Part shown: in pieces, positions 27,310 through 39,306 of the stretch
Numbering within the stretch: position 1 is the first letter of the stretch
Layout: each line of letters begins with the position of its first letter
Source: Blepharisma stoltei ATCC 30299
Taxonomy: Eukaryota > Protista > Ciliophora
Reading direction: 5' to 3'
Assembly: GCA_965603825.1 (NCBI GenBank)
Contig: CBFDEM010000028.1
Span: 310,001-374,000, forward strand
Length of the DNA: 64,000 nucleotides
The notes under the pieces: model-generated
The model's database searches: none
Seen by the model: the letters and a program-made list of their open reading frames with translations, nothing else
What the model was told of the DNA's origin: nothing
Made by a program: the position numbers and the translations under genes

Positions 27310-28242
27310 CTAAATCTTTTCAAGGACCACATAGCTAATTTGCTGTTCTGTGACTGGTTTCATTTCTCCACATATATCCTTAAAAATATTCATAATAGCA
27401 TCTATGTCTAGTAATATTTCTTCATGAGTTTTTCGGTATCCTAGCACTCTCCTCATCATAATCAGGCATGGGTATTTCCAAAAATCGACAAGGTTATCTA
27501 AATAATCATCAATAACTCCAGTTTTTATATATTTTTCATAAGCTGGCATTGATATTGTTTTTTCTTCAATTTCCTTGATTTTCCATATCTCTTTAAACTC
27601 TTCTAAAATTTCTTTTACTTCTTCATTTGACCTAAAGCAAGTATGCAAATTTAGTTTTGGCTTTTCATGCTCCTCAAACATTTCTCCTTGCTCAATTAAT
27701 GTTGTATAGGCCAGATCTAAACAGTCCCAGGAAAAGTTTACTGATAGATCTTTTGGTTTCGATAAAATATCAAAAAGCAAATTCCCGCCTTTGACTACCT
27801 CATTTGCTCTGATTGACAAAATTCTTCTTAAATCAGCTTTCGACCTTTTAGAAAGCTCAGCTTGTATAATAGGCTCTTGAGAAAGTGTTGCTAAAATATG
27901 ATCTGGCGCTGGAATTGATACTGAAGGGGAATTAAAAACTTGGAATGCGTAAATTGTATCCAAAGTTTCAGTAGGGTATAACTGACGAAAAATAGTCCCT
28001 GGGGCAAAAAAACGATTAAAATTGTGAAACTTTTTTGGTTCATAATACAGCATGGTATTATAATCGTTTAAAGGGAAATCTGTTCGATAGATCTCAGTAT
28101 CTGACAATGTTTTGTATAAAAGAGGATTGCTAAAAAGGCCTTGGTACACAGTAATTTCACCTAGTCTTTTTGCAGATGATAGATACTTAGAAAACATATT
28201 GGCTCCTCCTTCTGCAAATGATTCGATCCAATGACTTGTCAT
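27310..28242 (-). CDS. SABATH / SAM-dependent carboxyl methyltransferase-like protein (degenerate)
   Basis: 'TDFPLNDYNTM' (cf. NDLPxNDFNTLF), 'APGTIFRQLYP' (cf. PGSFYxRLFP), 'DLRRILSIRANEVVKGG' (cf. RAxELxxGG); no clear DxGCxxG SAM motif. Confidence 0.7.
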   Translation of the reverse strand: MTSHWIESFAEGGANMFSKYLSSAKRLGEITVYQGLFSNPLLYKTLSDTEIYRTDFPLNDYNTMLYYEPKKFHNFNRFFAPGTIFRQLYPTETLDTIYAFQVFNSPSVSIPAPDHILATLSQEPIIQAELSKRSKADLRRILSIRANEVVKGGNLLFDILSKPKDLSVNFSWDCLDLAYTTLIEQGEMFEEHEKPKLNLHTCFRSNEEVKEILEEFKEIWKIKEIEEKTISMPAYEKYIKTGVIDDYLDNLVDFWKYPCLIMMRRVLGYRKTHEEILLDIDAIMNIFKDICGEMKPVTEQQISYVVLEKI

Positions 28243-28283
28243 AGTAAAAATGATAATTTTTTATTAAAATGGCTAGATAAAGA

Positions 28284-29486
28284 TTAGAAATCAAAGTTAT
28301 ACGAATAAATTTGAGGATTTTCAAGCAAAATTCTTTTGGCATAATAAGGAAAGATAAACTCTCTCTGTAGGAAACCTTTAAGGCCTCTAGACTTGAATGA
28401 GGCATAAGCTAAGTCTGCAAAGGTTATTATCTTTTTCGTGCGGAGCTTGCGCATATCTTCGAATTTTTGGAAGCCTTCTGAGATTTCGTTCATTTTTAAA
28501 CATTTAGCTAGCAAAAAGGCATCTTCAAATCCTAGCGAAGCTTCTTGGAGTGAAAACGGTGAGATACTATGAGCAGCATCTCCAATTAAGCAAACTCTTC
28601 CATCATATCACTTTTCAGGCATGCTCAGATTATAAACTGGATAAATTCCTATATTATCCACAGTTGAAAAAATGATATCTTTAATAAAAATAGCATCCTT
28701 CGCAAAAGTCCCTATTAGCTTATGCTTCCACTCATCAGCTGATATATAATTATTATTTAAATTTTTCTCTGGAGAGATATGAGAATGTATAGTTGCTGTC
28801 CAATAAACTTGATCCTTGGCTGTATTTTTAAAGCTGAAAACACCTTCTCTACATATCAAAACATTATAATCTGCAGTATTAGGTGAAGTTGGACATGTAG
28901 AAAATCCACAAAATCTAACTGTTTTATCATATACAGGGGATGGGAAATTTGGAAAAATTATATTCCTCACCTGTGAGAAAGTCCCATCGCTGCCAATTAA
29001 AAAATCTCCTTCTACTTCAGAATTATCTTTAAAAATAACTTTCAGACTTTTTTCAGTGTTTTCTATATGTGAAATTTCCTTTTCATAATGAATTTTTATC
29101 CCTTGTAAATTGAGCTCATTTAGGATTGCTTTGTGGAGTCTGCTTTTTTTGATGATTATGGACTCTGCACCGTATTTGGCTTCATTATCACTTTCATCGA
29201 TAATTTTTAATTTATTTTTGTAATTCCAATAGATTTTTTTGTTCAGAGGAAAGCTAAATGCCTTGATTTGATGGTAAATATCAATATGATTAAGGATTTT
29301 TGCACCGTTTGTAGGGATTATTAAAGGAATTCCAGAATTATCGGGCTGAAAATTTTCTTTTTCAAAGATTATAGACTCAATGTTAGCTTGCTTTAGAAAT
29401 AAAGCTGAAAGTGGTCCTGAAAGTCCTGCCCCTATAATGATAGCTCTTTTAGATGAAAAGGTTCTGATAAAAAATCTTTTCATCAT
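28284..29486 (-). CDS. FAD-dependent monooxygenase (group A; UbiH/salicylate hydroxylase-like), probable mitochondrial presequence
   Basis: 'IIGAGLSG', 'DFLIGSDGTFSQVR', 'PEK-W(TGA 28608)-YDGRVCLIGDAAH', 'GFEDAFLLA'. Confidence 0.9.
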
Positions 29487-29741
29487 TTCTAAATCCTTTT
29501 ATCTCATAAATGGCCTCTAAATTGAGAATTATAAAGGTAACAGCATTAGAATTAAAATACCTACCAAATAAAAATAAATTATGATTGGAAGACTTAAAAA
29601 ATTGTTTATAAAATTTTAAATCACTTTGAAATTCCAATAATCTTTATTATTCTTTCTTGCAAAACTTATCTACATCTTCACACCCCTTTAATTATCATTT
29701 ATCTTACTCTTCAAACTCCAGTTCGCTTATCCTATATAAAT

Positions 29742-30089
29742 ATGGTCAAGGAAACTAAAGAACTAGAGCCAGTGACAAGAGACTACACCATTCACCTTCA
29801 TAAGCGTCTCCACCACACCAATCTCAAAAAGCGAGCTCCTAAGTCAATAAGAATCATCAAAGACTTCGCTCAAAGAGTAATGAAGACCAAAGATGTCAGA
29901 ATTGACTATCACTTAAACAACTTTTTATGGTCAAGAGGCATCAAGCATGTACCTTTCAGAGTAAGAGTGAGGATGGAAAGAAAAAGAACTGAAGAAGAAA
30001 CTGCTGGAGAAGAGCTTTACACCTTGGTCAGATATTTGCCTGTAGACTCATTCGAAGGACTCAGACCAGAGAAAGTGGAAAGCGAGTAA
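29742..30089 (+). CDS. RPL31: 60S ribosomal protein L31 (eL31)
   Basis: 'VTRDYTIHLHKRLH', 'KKRAPK', 'WSRGIKHVPFRVRVR'. Confidence 0.98.
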   Translation: MVKETKELEPVTRDYTIHLHKRLHHTNLKKRAPKSIRIIKDFAQRVMKTKDVRIDYHLNNFLWSRGIKHVPFRVRVRMERKRTEEETAGEELYTLVRYLPVDSFEGLRPEKVESE

Positions 30090-30239
30090 CACATAAATAA
30101 GTTATTTCTAATAAAATTATTCATTTTTCATATAAGAACAGATGGTAAGGATTAAAGAAAAAGACTCTTTAATAATAGCTTTATTCAACTGTTTTTTGCT
30201 TTAATAATCTCATATGAAATTAATTATATAATTTCATTA

Positions 30240-32276
30240 TTATTTCGAAGACACCTTAAGCAGTGTTTTTGCTTTCAAATTGAACTCAATCAATGTAGAT
30301 TCATATTGATATATATAAATTTTGTCCATAAAACTCATTGAATGAGAAACCGGTCCAAAGTTATCAATCTTGCATTCTCCAATATGTTCCCAAAAGTCAA
30401 AATCGTTCACTCTGCTTTGATATAAATTTCTTGATGCTTCAGCTATATATAATCTCCCACAATAGCAAAACATCATTTTATAGCAGCCACTTAAGGCTGG
30501 TTTAAGATCCAAATCATTTTTGTACCTATCATTAATAATGTCATAGACTTTAATTTTCTGGAATGCATAGGCAACCATTAAAATATGGTCTTGAAAACTA
30601 GCACAGCTCGAACTAATAAATTCTTGATTTGAAAGAAGTGGAGCGCAACTTTCTCAAGTTTCATTAGAAATACTATACTTTTCTGAGACAGGCGTCTTTC
30701 ACCCACCAATCGCATAGACATAATTTTTATGATATGCTAGACCTACTCATGATGCAGGCTTTCCATTAGCTAGATATTTAATAGTTGCATTTTTATCAAC
30801 AAGAAATGTGGTTCCTAGCATATTACCTGTATAAATATCTATGACTTCTCCATAGAAAAAAGTTGATTGGATCCCAGGAACTCAAACAGATCCATACCCC
30901 ATCGTATTCTTATCCAGATTAAGGACTTCTTTAGTATCTAAAGTTTGTAAATTTAACGCATAGACATTATTTGTTTTTAACTTCACAAATAGCATCTCAT
31001 TTGGTTCACATAGAGATAGAGAATTTTCATCAGATTGGCCTTGCTGGGTCTTTTCTTCTTCATAAGACAAAGTTTCTTCTATTTCTGTACGAATTCTGAG
31101 TATATTAAAATCATTACCTTCGTCATGGTCTTTGCTAATTGTATTATCTTGTGAACTTCTTTTAAAATCAGAGCTAAAAGTTAAAAAGCTATTTTCCAGC
31201 AGTTTTCCAGAGTCATCTTCATGCTTAGATCAATCTTGACTAGCAATTTCCTCGCGTGACTCTCCAGATACTCCTTTTTCACTAAAATGATCTGAATTGT
31301 CAAAAAAATGATTTTCTTGTGTTTCATCTTTTCTGGCTATTTTTGATTTGATTTCAATTAATTCATGAGACTGAGCTGCTTCAGAGCTTTCAAAAGTCTT
31401 TATTTCTACAGTAAAATCATCGAAAATTCAATTAAACCCTGCCAGTTGTAAAGTGCGCTTCAAAATTGATTGAAATAAAACTGAGTCTTGTGGAATGCTG
31501 ATGCCTAGAGAAAGAGATTCTCCAATTATTTTTGGATGGCTTAATATATCGTATATTCTTGGCCTTCTGCATTTATCTTTTTGCAAACATTGATCAACAA
31601 AATATTTCATGCTTTCAGAGTAGCAATCACTAATAGGATTATGTGGCACCATTTTATCTTCACCGAACGGATGATCCAACTGGCAAAGATAATATAAAAC
31701 GCATCCAAGTGCCCAAATATCACTTGATTCTGAGGCAGGCTCTTTCTGTGACATCTCGGGGGGAAAATATCTTGGTGTACCTTTAGAGGTTGAGGCATCT
31801 TGAAATCGAGAAACTCCGAAATCAGCTATTTTAATATTATCTTCTTTATCAAGCAAAATATTTTCTAGCTTAATGTCTCGGTGAATAAAGTTGTTTTTAT
31901 GCATGCACTCCAATCCTATGCATATTTGGATGAAATATTTTCATATTTCTGCTTCTTTTAGTTGTTTATCGAGTTGTTTTATTTTATGCCAAAGGTCTAA
32001 ATTTTCACAAAATTCGGTTATTATGAAAATTTCTTCATTTCACACAACTAAATCTTCTAGGTGGATCAAATAAGGATTTTTCAAATCTGACAGAATTCTG
32101 ATTTCAGTTTCAACATCTTTTTTAGCAGACAATGCACTAGAAACAACTTTCATTGCATAAAACTCATCATGAGAAGTATTTTTTTTCTTTACTTTATAAA
32201 CAACCCCATAGCCTCCTTTCCCAATTTTTCCAAGTTTGGTGTAGGTGTTGTTAATTTCATTCGGGAAAAATTTCAT
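30240..32276 (-). CDS. NEK-like kinase fused to C-terminal Kelch-like repeats
   Basis: Single 678-aa frame with 8 in-frame TGA; GKGGYG, YAMK, HRDIKLEN, DFG, PPE; Kelch-like 'YVYAIGG-W..SEKYSISNET-W-ESCAPL'. Confidence 0.85.
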
Positions 32277-32580
32277 ACTTAATTATTACTATTAGAATTG
32301 TAGAATTCAGAACTCATAAGGGGTGATTTACTTTAAAATTTATAGTTGATTGGATAGAAGGCTGCTGATGCATTATTTTTGCTTCATTAATGCTCACACA
32401 GTTACAATCAATTTTCTGTCACCTGAATAAAAATATGTTAATTTTTCAATTAGCCCAATTGTATAATATACTATCTCCAGCATGAATAAAATCATTTCAT
32501 TTTTTAGCACAACAAGTGAGTATTGATGATCAATAAGAGAAGCCACACTTTCTTTTATTTTTTAATTCTTAAGAAATTAT

Positions 32581-34545
32581 CTAAATATCATTTAAAATTT
32601 TATAAAAGTTCCATCCTCCTTCTCCATCAAACTTGAGGATGTAATTATGATACTTCATCAAACTATCTCTATGCGAAACTGTTATTAATGTGATACCTTT
32701 ATTTTTCAAAGTCTGATAAATATCCCCTTCAATATCCATACTTATCGCGCTAGTGCAATCATCTAAAATAGCAAACTTTGGCAAATGGTATAAAACTCTG
32801 CTAATTGCAATTCTTTGTTTTTGGCCGCCACTAAGGGTGTCATTTCAGTCTTCAATTTGTTCAAAGCCTCCTCGTTTTTCTAAAACTTCATCTAATTTAA
32901 GGAATTTTAAAAATTCTTCAAGATTCTCATCAGTGATCCCTTGGGCCAGCATCTGCTCTTTTGTGTGTGGATAAATGATCTGCTCTCTCAAACTCCCATA
33001 TGGTAAATATGGCCGCTGTGGGATGTAAAAAATTTGATTCATTGGCGGAGTTTCAATTGTTCCTGAAAACAAAGGCCAAAGTTGTCCTAAAATGCGGAAC
33101 AATGAAGTTTTCCCACATCCATTTGGACCTTGTATAAAGGTATTCATTCCTGGATTTATAGTAAAAGAGATTGATTTTATTAGTAAATCCCCATTAGGAG
33201 ACACAATCGGGACATCTTCAAACTTGATTTTATCCGAAATTATCAGTCTCCCTCTTTCAGAATTCGAAAACTCTGAGTCTAAAATCATTTCTCGCTTATA
33301 TTCTCCACTAGCCAGTTCATCCAATACATCATCCGCTTCTTGTATAAGTGAAGTATATCCAATTAAAGACTGGATTTCTTTATAAGACACTACCATTCTT
33401 CCTACAGCTTTAGCTAAATTTATCAGCAAACTTGAGTTTTTTATGAAATCTCTCGTAATTGCAGAAGGATCGTCTCCTATTTTGGCTAAATAACCGCTGC
33501 TATTATTACCAAAAACAGGAAGCCCTAATACTCCATATGCTACCATGACAGCACCATATTTGACTAGCATGTTATCGCAGGCACTCATAAAATACCGCTT
33601 AGCCAGCATATATTTTATATGTGACACTAGCCCTCCGAGGATCTGGCTCAGCCTTCTAAGCTCCCATTCTTTGCCTTGATAAAAAGCAATTTCTTCTGAA
33701 TGGTCGACTATATCTGTGTGAAGAGTCCTATAAATCCCTTCATTTCTCTGTTCCTGAGCAGTTAGCAAGCTAATTGGTGGAGAGATAAAGCGGATGATAA
33801 TCCCTGATATAAAATACCAGCCAATTATAACAAGAGGGCCTTTATATCCCATGAGTTCAGATAACTTTCTACTTAACAAAACAATATCAAGCAGAGGCTT
33901 CGTCAAATTTGAGTACAAGTTACTCAGACAGTTTGCCCATTTTTCTATATCTTGTGTAAATCTTTGGTCAGGGTTCGGGATTCGGCTATCTAAATTGGAC
34001 ATCTGATAATAGACAAGGCCTTTTATATATTTTTCATTCAAATACAGAGCCATTCTTTGCCTAAACTGCAGTGATAGTTTTCTTATTATATACTCTAAAC
34101 CACTATTCACCATTGAGGCTGGTATTGCAAACATTCCTAAATGCACCAGCTACATAAAAATTACCCTTTTAAGAAACAATAAAAAATCCTGATTCACTAT
34201 AGCTTTGACTATTGAGCCATTAATTGTCGAAATGGAAATACTTAAAATAGTTCGCAATACCAATCCTGCAGTCAGGCAAAATAGATTTATGAATTCCTGG
34301 GACCTTCAAGCTGGAATTACGACATGTATCAAATGGCAAAGTTTGATTATGAAATCGATATTTAGCACCCTTTTGCTTTTCTTTGATCGCGATATCTCAG
34401 GAAATCTTTTATTATCAATTTGTTGCGATCTGCGAATTATCCATAAAAGTCCACATAAAGTTCCGATAAGTGCGATTTTGCGTTGTTTTGAAGAAATTGC
34501 TGCTTTAAAGAACCGAAAAACATGATAGTCAATAGGTATGTTCAT
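32581..34545 (-). CDS. ABCD: peroxisomal ABC transporter, subfamily D
   Basis: 'NPDQRFTQD', 'SEEIAFYQG' (EAA-like), Walker [10 protein letters not shown], 'YIPQRPY', 'D-W(TGA 32845)[11 protein letters not shown]', 'ILDDCTSA'; TGA 34306; intron 34150-34164. Confidence 0.95.
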
Positions 34546-34630
34546 CTTTATAAATAAATTTCACACAAAAAGATAAATGACATCATCAAATATTATTAAG
34601 ATTTCGCCAATGCTATTTATCTAGCTTAAA

Positions 34631-35374
34631 TTAGTCCTTCTCAGCTTCACCAGAAGTCCATAATGTATGGTTGTCTCTGAGTAGCTGCATTATCAAAGTT
34701 GCATCCTTATAGTTCTCTTCTGAGATATTATCTAATTCTGGAATCGCTTCATCAAATGCAGTTTTGGCCATTTCACAGGCTTTTTCTTGCTCCTGCTTGA
34801 TTTCATAGTAAAATACTGAGAAATTCAGTGCTAAGCCTAGTCTTGTAGGATGGGTTGGCGGCAATTCATTTTTAGCTATTTCAAATGCTTCCAAATAAGA
34901 CTCTTCCGCTTTAGATGCTGGAGCATTTTTTGCAGCTCCTTGAGCGAATTCAGACATATAGCGGTAATAGTCACCTTTCATTTTGTGATAGAAAACGCGA
35001 GCTTCTGAGTTTGCTGCCTTTGGGATCAGGTCAGTGTCAATCACATTAAGAATATCATCACAGCTACGCCTAAGCTCAACTTCTACCTCACCACGATAGC
35101 TCTCAGCTGCTGTTTTATGGGCAGCGTTGCCTCTTCTTTCTTCTTTGTGCTCAATAGAATTCAAGACTCTCCAAGAAGTTCTGCGAGCTCCTACAACATT
35201 TTTATAGGCCACTGAAAGGATATTTCTTTCGTCAACTGTTAAGTCTTGCGTTGACTTTTTGACGAAAGCTTTGACATAGCCAACCATTTCTTCATAGCGC
35301 TCTGACTGTTCTGAGAGGCGGGCGAGGTAAATTAACTCATCGCGCTCCAATGATTCAGGCCTGTCGATATTCAT
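34631..35374 (-). CDS. 14-3-3 protein
   Basis: '[14 protein letters not shown]', 'KMKGDYYRY', '[15 protein letters not shown]', 'LIMQLLRDN'. Confidence 0.98.
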   Translation of the reverse strand: MNIDRPESLERDELIYLARLSEQSERYEEMVGYVKAFVKKSTQDLTVDERNILSVAYKNVVGARRTSWRVLNSIEHKEERRGNAAHKTAAESYRGEVEVELRRSCDDILNVIDTDLIPKAANSEARVFYHKMKGDYYRYMSEFAQGAAKNAPASKAEESYLEAFEIAKNELPPTHPTRLGLALNFSVFYYEIKQEQEKACEMAKTAFDEAIPELDNISEENYKDATLIMQLLRDNHTLWTSGEAEKD

Positions 35375-35399
35375 ATTTATTATTCTTAAAAATGGTTAC

Positions 35400-37199
35400 T
35401 TAAGGCTGGGTTTTCTGAAAATGCTCAATTCCATCCCAGACTGTCAATAGTTGTCCAATTGCTCCATTGATTTGAACATTAGTTTTAGAAAGGCTTTTAA
35501 GCTCATCTAGATCAATATTTTTAAGCTGGTCGTTCATTTCTAGCTTTTTGCTGAGGTAAAAGACTTGGGCTCTGAGTTCAGAGTTTTCGCTGAAAAGCTT
35601 TTTGGAGTCATCTCCTGACCGTCTTTTATCGACCTCTAGCTGACTGTTTCTCTCTAGCAACTGTTTAAAATTATACGAAGTCTCATGAAACTCCGCATCA
35701 AACTTTTTAACATTTTCTTCATGCTTCCTATGCTCTTCTATTAGAGTTTCATACTTATTTTTCTCTTTTATGAACTCTTCTTTGAGTTTATTAGTTTCTT
35801 CAATTAATGCAACATTTTCTGCATATTTCGATTTAAACTGTTCCATGCTATAGACTGCTTCTTTTCTAGAGTCTTCAATTTGCTTAATAGCAATTCTCAT
35901 ATCTTTGCTATCAATTTCTCTTAATTTCTTGTTCAACTGGGTTTCTTGGTACACTTTTTCTTTTTCCATGTCATTTTTAAGCTCCACGATCTGGACTGCA
36001 AGCTGCTTTTTCTCAGCCAAAAGTTGTGCACAAGATTTCTCAATAAGGTCTTTAGCATATTCTAACCCTCTTGATTTATTTAAATATTCATCTCTCTCTA
36101 TAGCAACTTCATTTATTTTTTTTGTAATTTCTTCTAATTGCACTCTTAATGATGTTATTGTGGTGTCTTGGTCAATTTTTTCTTGCAAAATTGCGATTTG
36201 CTTTTGTAAGTCAATTATTTGTTTGTTTTTTTCTTCTACTACATAATTTTTATAACTTTCCATTGCTTCTAACTTTTCCATTGTCTTCTTTATTGTTAGA
36301 TCTTGCTTGTCAAATTTCAGCTTCAACTCATTAGCCCAAGTTTTCGCTAATTCTTTTTCCTTGGTAATTTCTGCTAGCCTTTTCATAATATCGTCCCTAG
36401 AAAGTGTTTCCCCGTTTAACTGCTTTCTATATTTTTCGGTTTCTTGATTAAAATACTGGATATTTTCTCTATAAACCCCTTCAGCTTCTTTATAATCTTC
36501 TATAGCTTTTTCCAAACTCATTTGTAGAGATAAATGTCTTGTTGCTAAGTCTCGATTTTCCCTTCCAAGAACTGTTAGTCTTGCTTCTAAATCTGCTTGC
36601 AGTTTTTTGTATTTTGCTTTTAAGGCAAAAATGCTTTCATTTAGAGGGCCTGTTTCCATCCCATCAAGAGGAAACATAGATTTTTCGTCTTTTTCTTTTT
36701 CTTTAAGTAGTTTTAGCTCAAGTTCTAAGAAATAAATTTGTTGTTGGAGGTTATGGATGTATTCGTCTTCTAGACTTATTTGAGTTTTTGTTTTGTTAGC
36801 AGTTTTTGTTGTTGCAGTTGTTGGCCGTTTTTTAGTATCAGGCTGCTTTGGGTCATTTATCAGTGTTCTTAGACCTGGCGCATAAGTTTCTTGCACTTTG
36901 GCTTCATTTCTGTAAGAAGTTTCAGTGCGTCTTGGGTCAGATCTAACTTGCTCAGGGACTTTAGACTCAGACCAATAAGAAGCTCGCTGATCTTGGCTCA
37001 GCTCAGCAGGTCTGCTGCTTGTTTGGAAATTTTGAAAAGTTCCACGAGGGTCTTGCCTCTGGGAATTTAAATTTTGTGGAGGTTCCTGCTTTGAAAAAGA
37101 ATAAGAGCTATACGATTCTAGAATTTTAGGGTCATAGCTGGGCGCTTGTCTCTGGGCGTTAGTAAATTGGACTGAGCTTTGATATCCTTGCCGTTCCAT
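35400..37199 (-). CDS. long coiled-coil protein
   Basis: 599-aa ORF; 'YIHNLQQQIYFLELE' followed by extended heptads. Confidence 0.8.
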   Translation of the reverse strand: MERQGYQSSVQFTNAQRQAPSYDPKILESYSSYSFSKQEPPQNLNSQRQDPRGTFQNFQTSSRPAELSQDQRASYWSESKVPEQVRSDPRRTETSYRNEAKVQETYAPGLRTLINDPKQPDTKKRPTTATTKTANKTKTQISLEDEYIHNLQQQIYFLELELKLLKEKEKDEKSMFPLDGMETGPLNESIFALKAKYKKLQADLEARLTVLGRENRDLATRHLSLQMSLEKAIEDYKEAEGVYRENIQYFNQETEKYRKQLNGETLSRDDIMKRLAEITKEKELAKTWANELKLKFDKQDLTIKKTMEKLEAMESYKNYVVEEKNKQIIDLQKQIAILQEKIDQDTTITSLRVQLEEITKKINEVAIERDEYLNKSRGLEYAKDLIEKSCAQLLAEKKQLAVQIVELKNDMEKEKVYQETQLNKKLREIDSKDMRIAIKQIEDSRKEAVYSMEQFKSKYAENVALIEETNKLKEEFIKEKNKYETLIEEHRKHEENVKKFDAEFHETSYNFKQLLERNSQLEVDKRRSGDDSKKLFSENSELRAQVFYLSKKLEMNDQLKNIDLDELKSLSKTNVQINGAIGQLLTVWDGIEHFQKTQP

Positions 37200-37211
37200 A
37201 TAAATATTTAA

Positions 37212-38420
37212 ATGAGCAAGGAATATTTTTTGGCACTATATGGCGAAGAAGGGATTAATGTTTTAAAAACTCCACCCCCTTATACGACATTGAGAGTGAA
37301 CACACTAAAAATCGATATGAATGAAGCTATTAGGATACTTGAGCTTTTGTTTCCAAGATATGATATAAAAGTTCATGAGAAAATTAATGATTTATTGTGT
37401 ATACCAGTTAATGGGCCTTTTAATATTCAGCCTGTTGAAAAGGCAATTTTTGTGGACAATCGCTGCGGAGAGGCTATTTTGAGGGGTTCTCACATATATG
37501 CACCAGGGGTGTTAGGAACAACTTCTGATTGTAATTATAAAATAGTCCAAAAAAATGAAATAGTAAGTATCTACTCTATTTCTGTTCCTATAAATCGAGG
37601 AACTAAGACAACAATAGAAAATGTTGCTGAGCCTTTTTATTTGGGAAATGGAGTTTGCCAAATGTCGCGTAGAGAAATCTTTTCCACTAATAAAGGCTTA
37701 GCAATTATTATCACTGAGGGTATTTATCAGACACCTTCCTTTGAGAATCTCCCAAAAAATTTATTTTTCCCACAAAATGAGCCTAGTGCTTTAGTTGCTC
37801 ATATCTTAGACGTAATAAAAAATTAGCCAAAACCAGGAGAATCCATACTCGATATGTGTGCTTCACCTGGAGGAAAAACAACTCATATCTCAACTTTAAT
37901 GCAGAACCAAGGAGAATTAATTGCTCTTGATAAAAGTAAAAAAAGGGTAGAAGAACTAAAAAGTAGCAATTATATAGGCAATGTGGATATCTGGGAAAGT
38001 TTTGCAGATGTTAGAAAAATTGATGCGACCAAAGCAAAACAACGCTTTGGGGGAAAAAAATTCGATAAAATATTGCTAGATGCTCCATGCTCAGGATTAG
38101 GGCAAAGGCCAAAATTAAGCTTCCAAGAAATTAATGTGGATTCAACAGCTTTATATCAAAAAAAATTTTTGGAAATTGCTTGTGAGATGCTGAAACCGGG
38201 AGGAATTTTAGTATATTCAACATGCACTGTTACGCAAGAAGGTAAAAAATAATCAGAAAATCAGCAAAACATAGGGTGGGCTATTGAAAATTTAGAATTA
38301 GAGCTTATTAACCAGGAAATAATGATTGGGGATGCCAGCGAACCTTTAGGGCTGACGCAGGTATTTTCCCCAATTTCACACAGCATGGGATTTTTTATTG
38401 CAAAATTGAGAAGAAAATAA
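37212..38420 (+). CDS. NSUN6: NSUN6-like RNA m5C methyltransferase (PUA + RsmB/NOL1 domain)
   Basis: 'CGEAILRGSHIYAPG', 'LDMCASPGGKT', 'ILLDAPCSGLG', 'YSTCT', 'GFFIAKL'; 15-nt introns 37531-37545, 37812-37826, 37963-37977, 38242-38256. Confidence 0.92.
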
Positions 38421-39306
38421 TAATTGAAGGATCTCAATATAGTAAATTTCTGCTTTTATATAAAATAATAATATCTATAAAAGTTAAAAATTGAGTAAGT
38501 TCCTTTTTCAATTCATTCATGCTATTTTTATACTCATTTTCTATTTAATTACCATTTTCTTCTTAGAATTAGAAGTCTTTAGGTTTATTTATGCTTGGAA
38601 TTCCATGCCATATTGCAATTCTTCTAAAATATCATTTTTATGCATATTAATATAATCTAAATGGCCAAATTCAAGCCTAATTTATAATTCTTTATTAAAA
38701 AGTTTATAATATCTATAAATTATTATCATGTGACAGGTTTTCAGTTAATTCTAGAGACCAAAGCCTAGCAAATTTTGCCGTTAGGAAAGCTGAGTTTTCT
38801 ACTACTTAATCTTTATTGAAATTTGTTTAATTTTAATTAGATTCTTTAAGCTCTTCTCGATTTTTTCGAAAAGTTCATGTGATTCCACTAGTTTTTGAAC
38901 TAGTGTTTAGTTAATTTTATTATGTCAAAAATCTTATAATTCAGTCTTCTAATGGGTATATTTTATATATTCAACTATTATAGCTGTTTTGACTGAAGGA
39001 CTCGTAGATTTCTTTTATTTATCTTCGACAGAATTTTAGTTGCAATTTAAACTTTTTCACATCAATAATTTCAGAGAAAAAGAGATTAGGCTGCTGAGAT
39101 ACTTCATTTATATTTTTTTGTCCTGATAAGAAATTAGCTCCGTGCTAGCTCTCTTCAATTTCCTTTTTTTGATTAGAGCGATCTTCCATAACTATTTTAA
39201 GTTCATCTCTTAAACGACTAAATGATTAATTTTTTGGACTGAAATTATTTTTAAATTCTGATATAAGTCATTTATTGTTCCTCTGACATAAATAATTAAA
39301 TTAAAG

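Noticed and set aside
27310-29486. Monooxygenase-methyltransferase fusion
   Set aside because: TAA at 28284 and further in-frame TAG/TAA upstream of ATG 28242; no splice signal bridges them.
38421-39306. Long AT-rich spacers (also 42920-43481) as ncRNA, retained IES or telomere-addition sites
   Set aside because: No tRNA/snoRNA structure, telomeric C4A2-like repeats or convincing terminal repeats recognised by eye.
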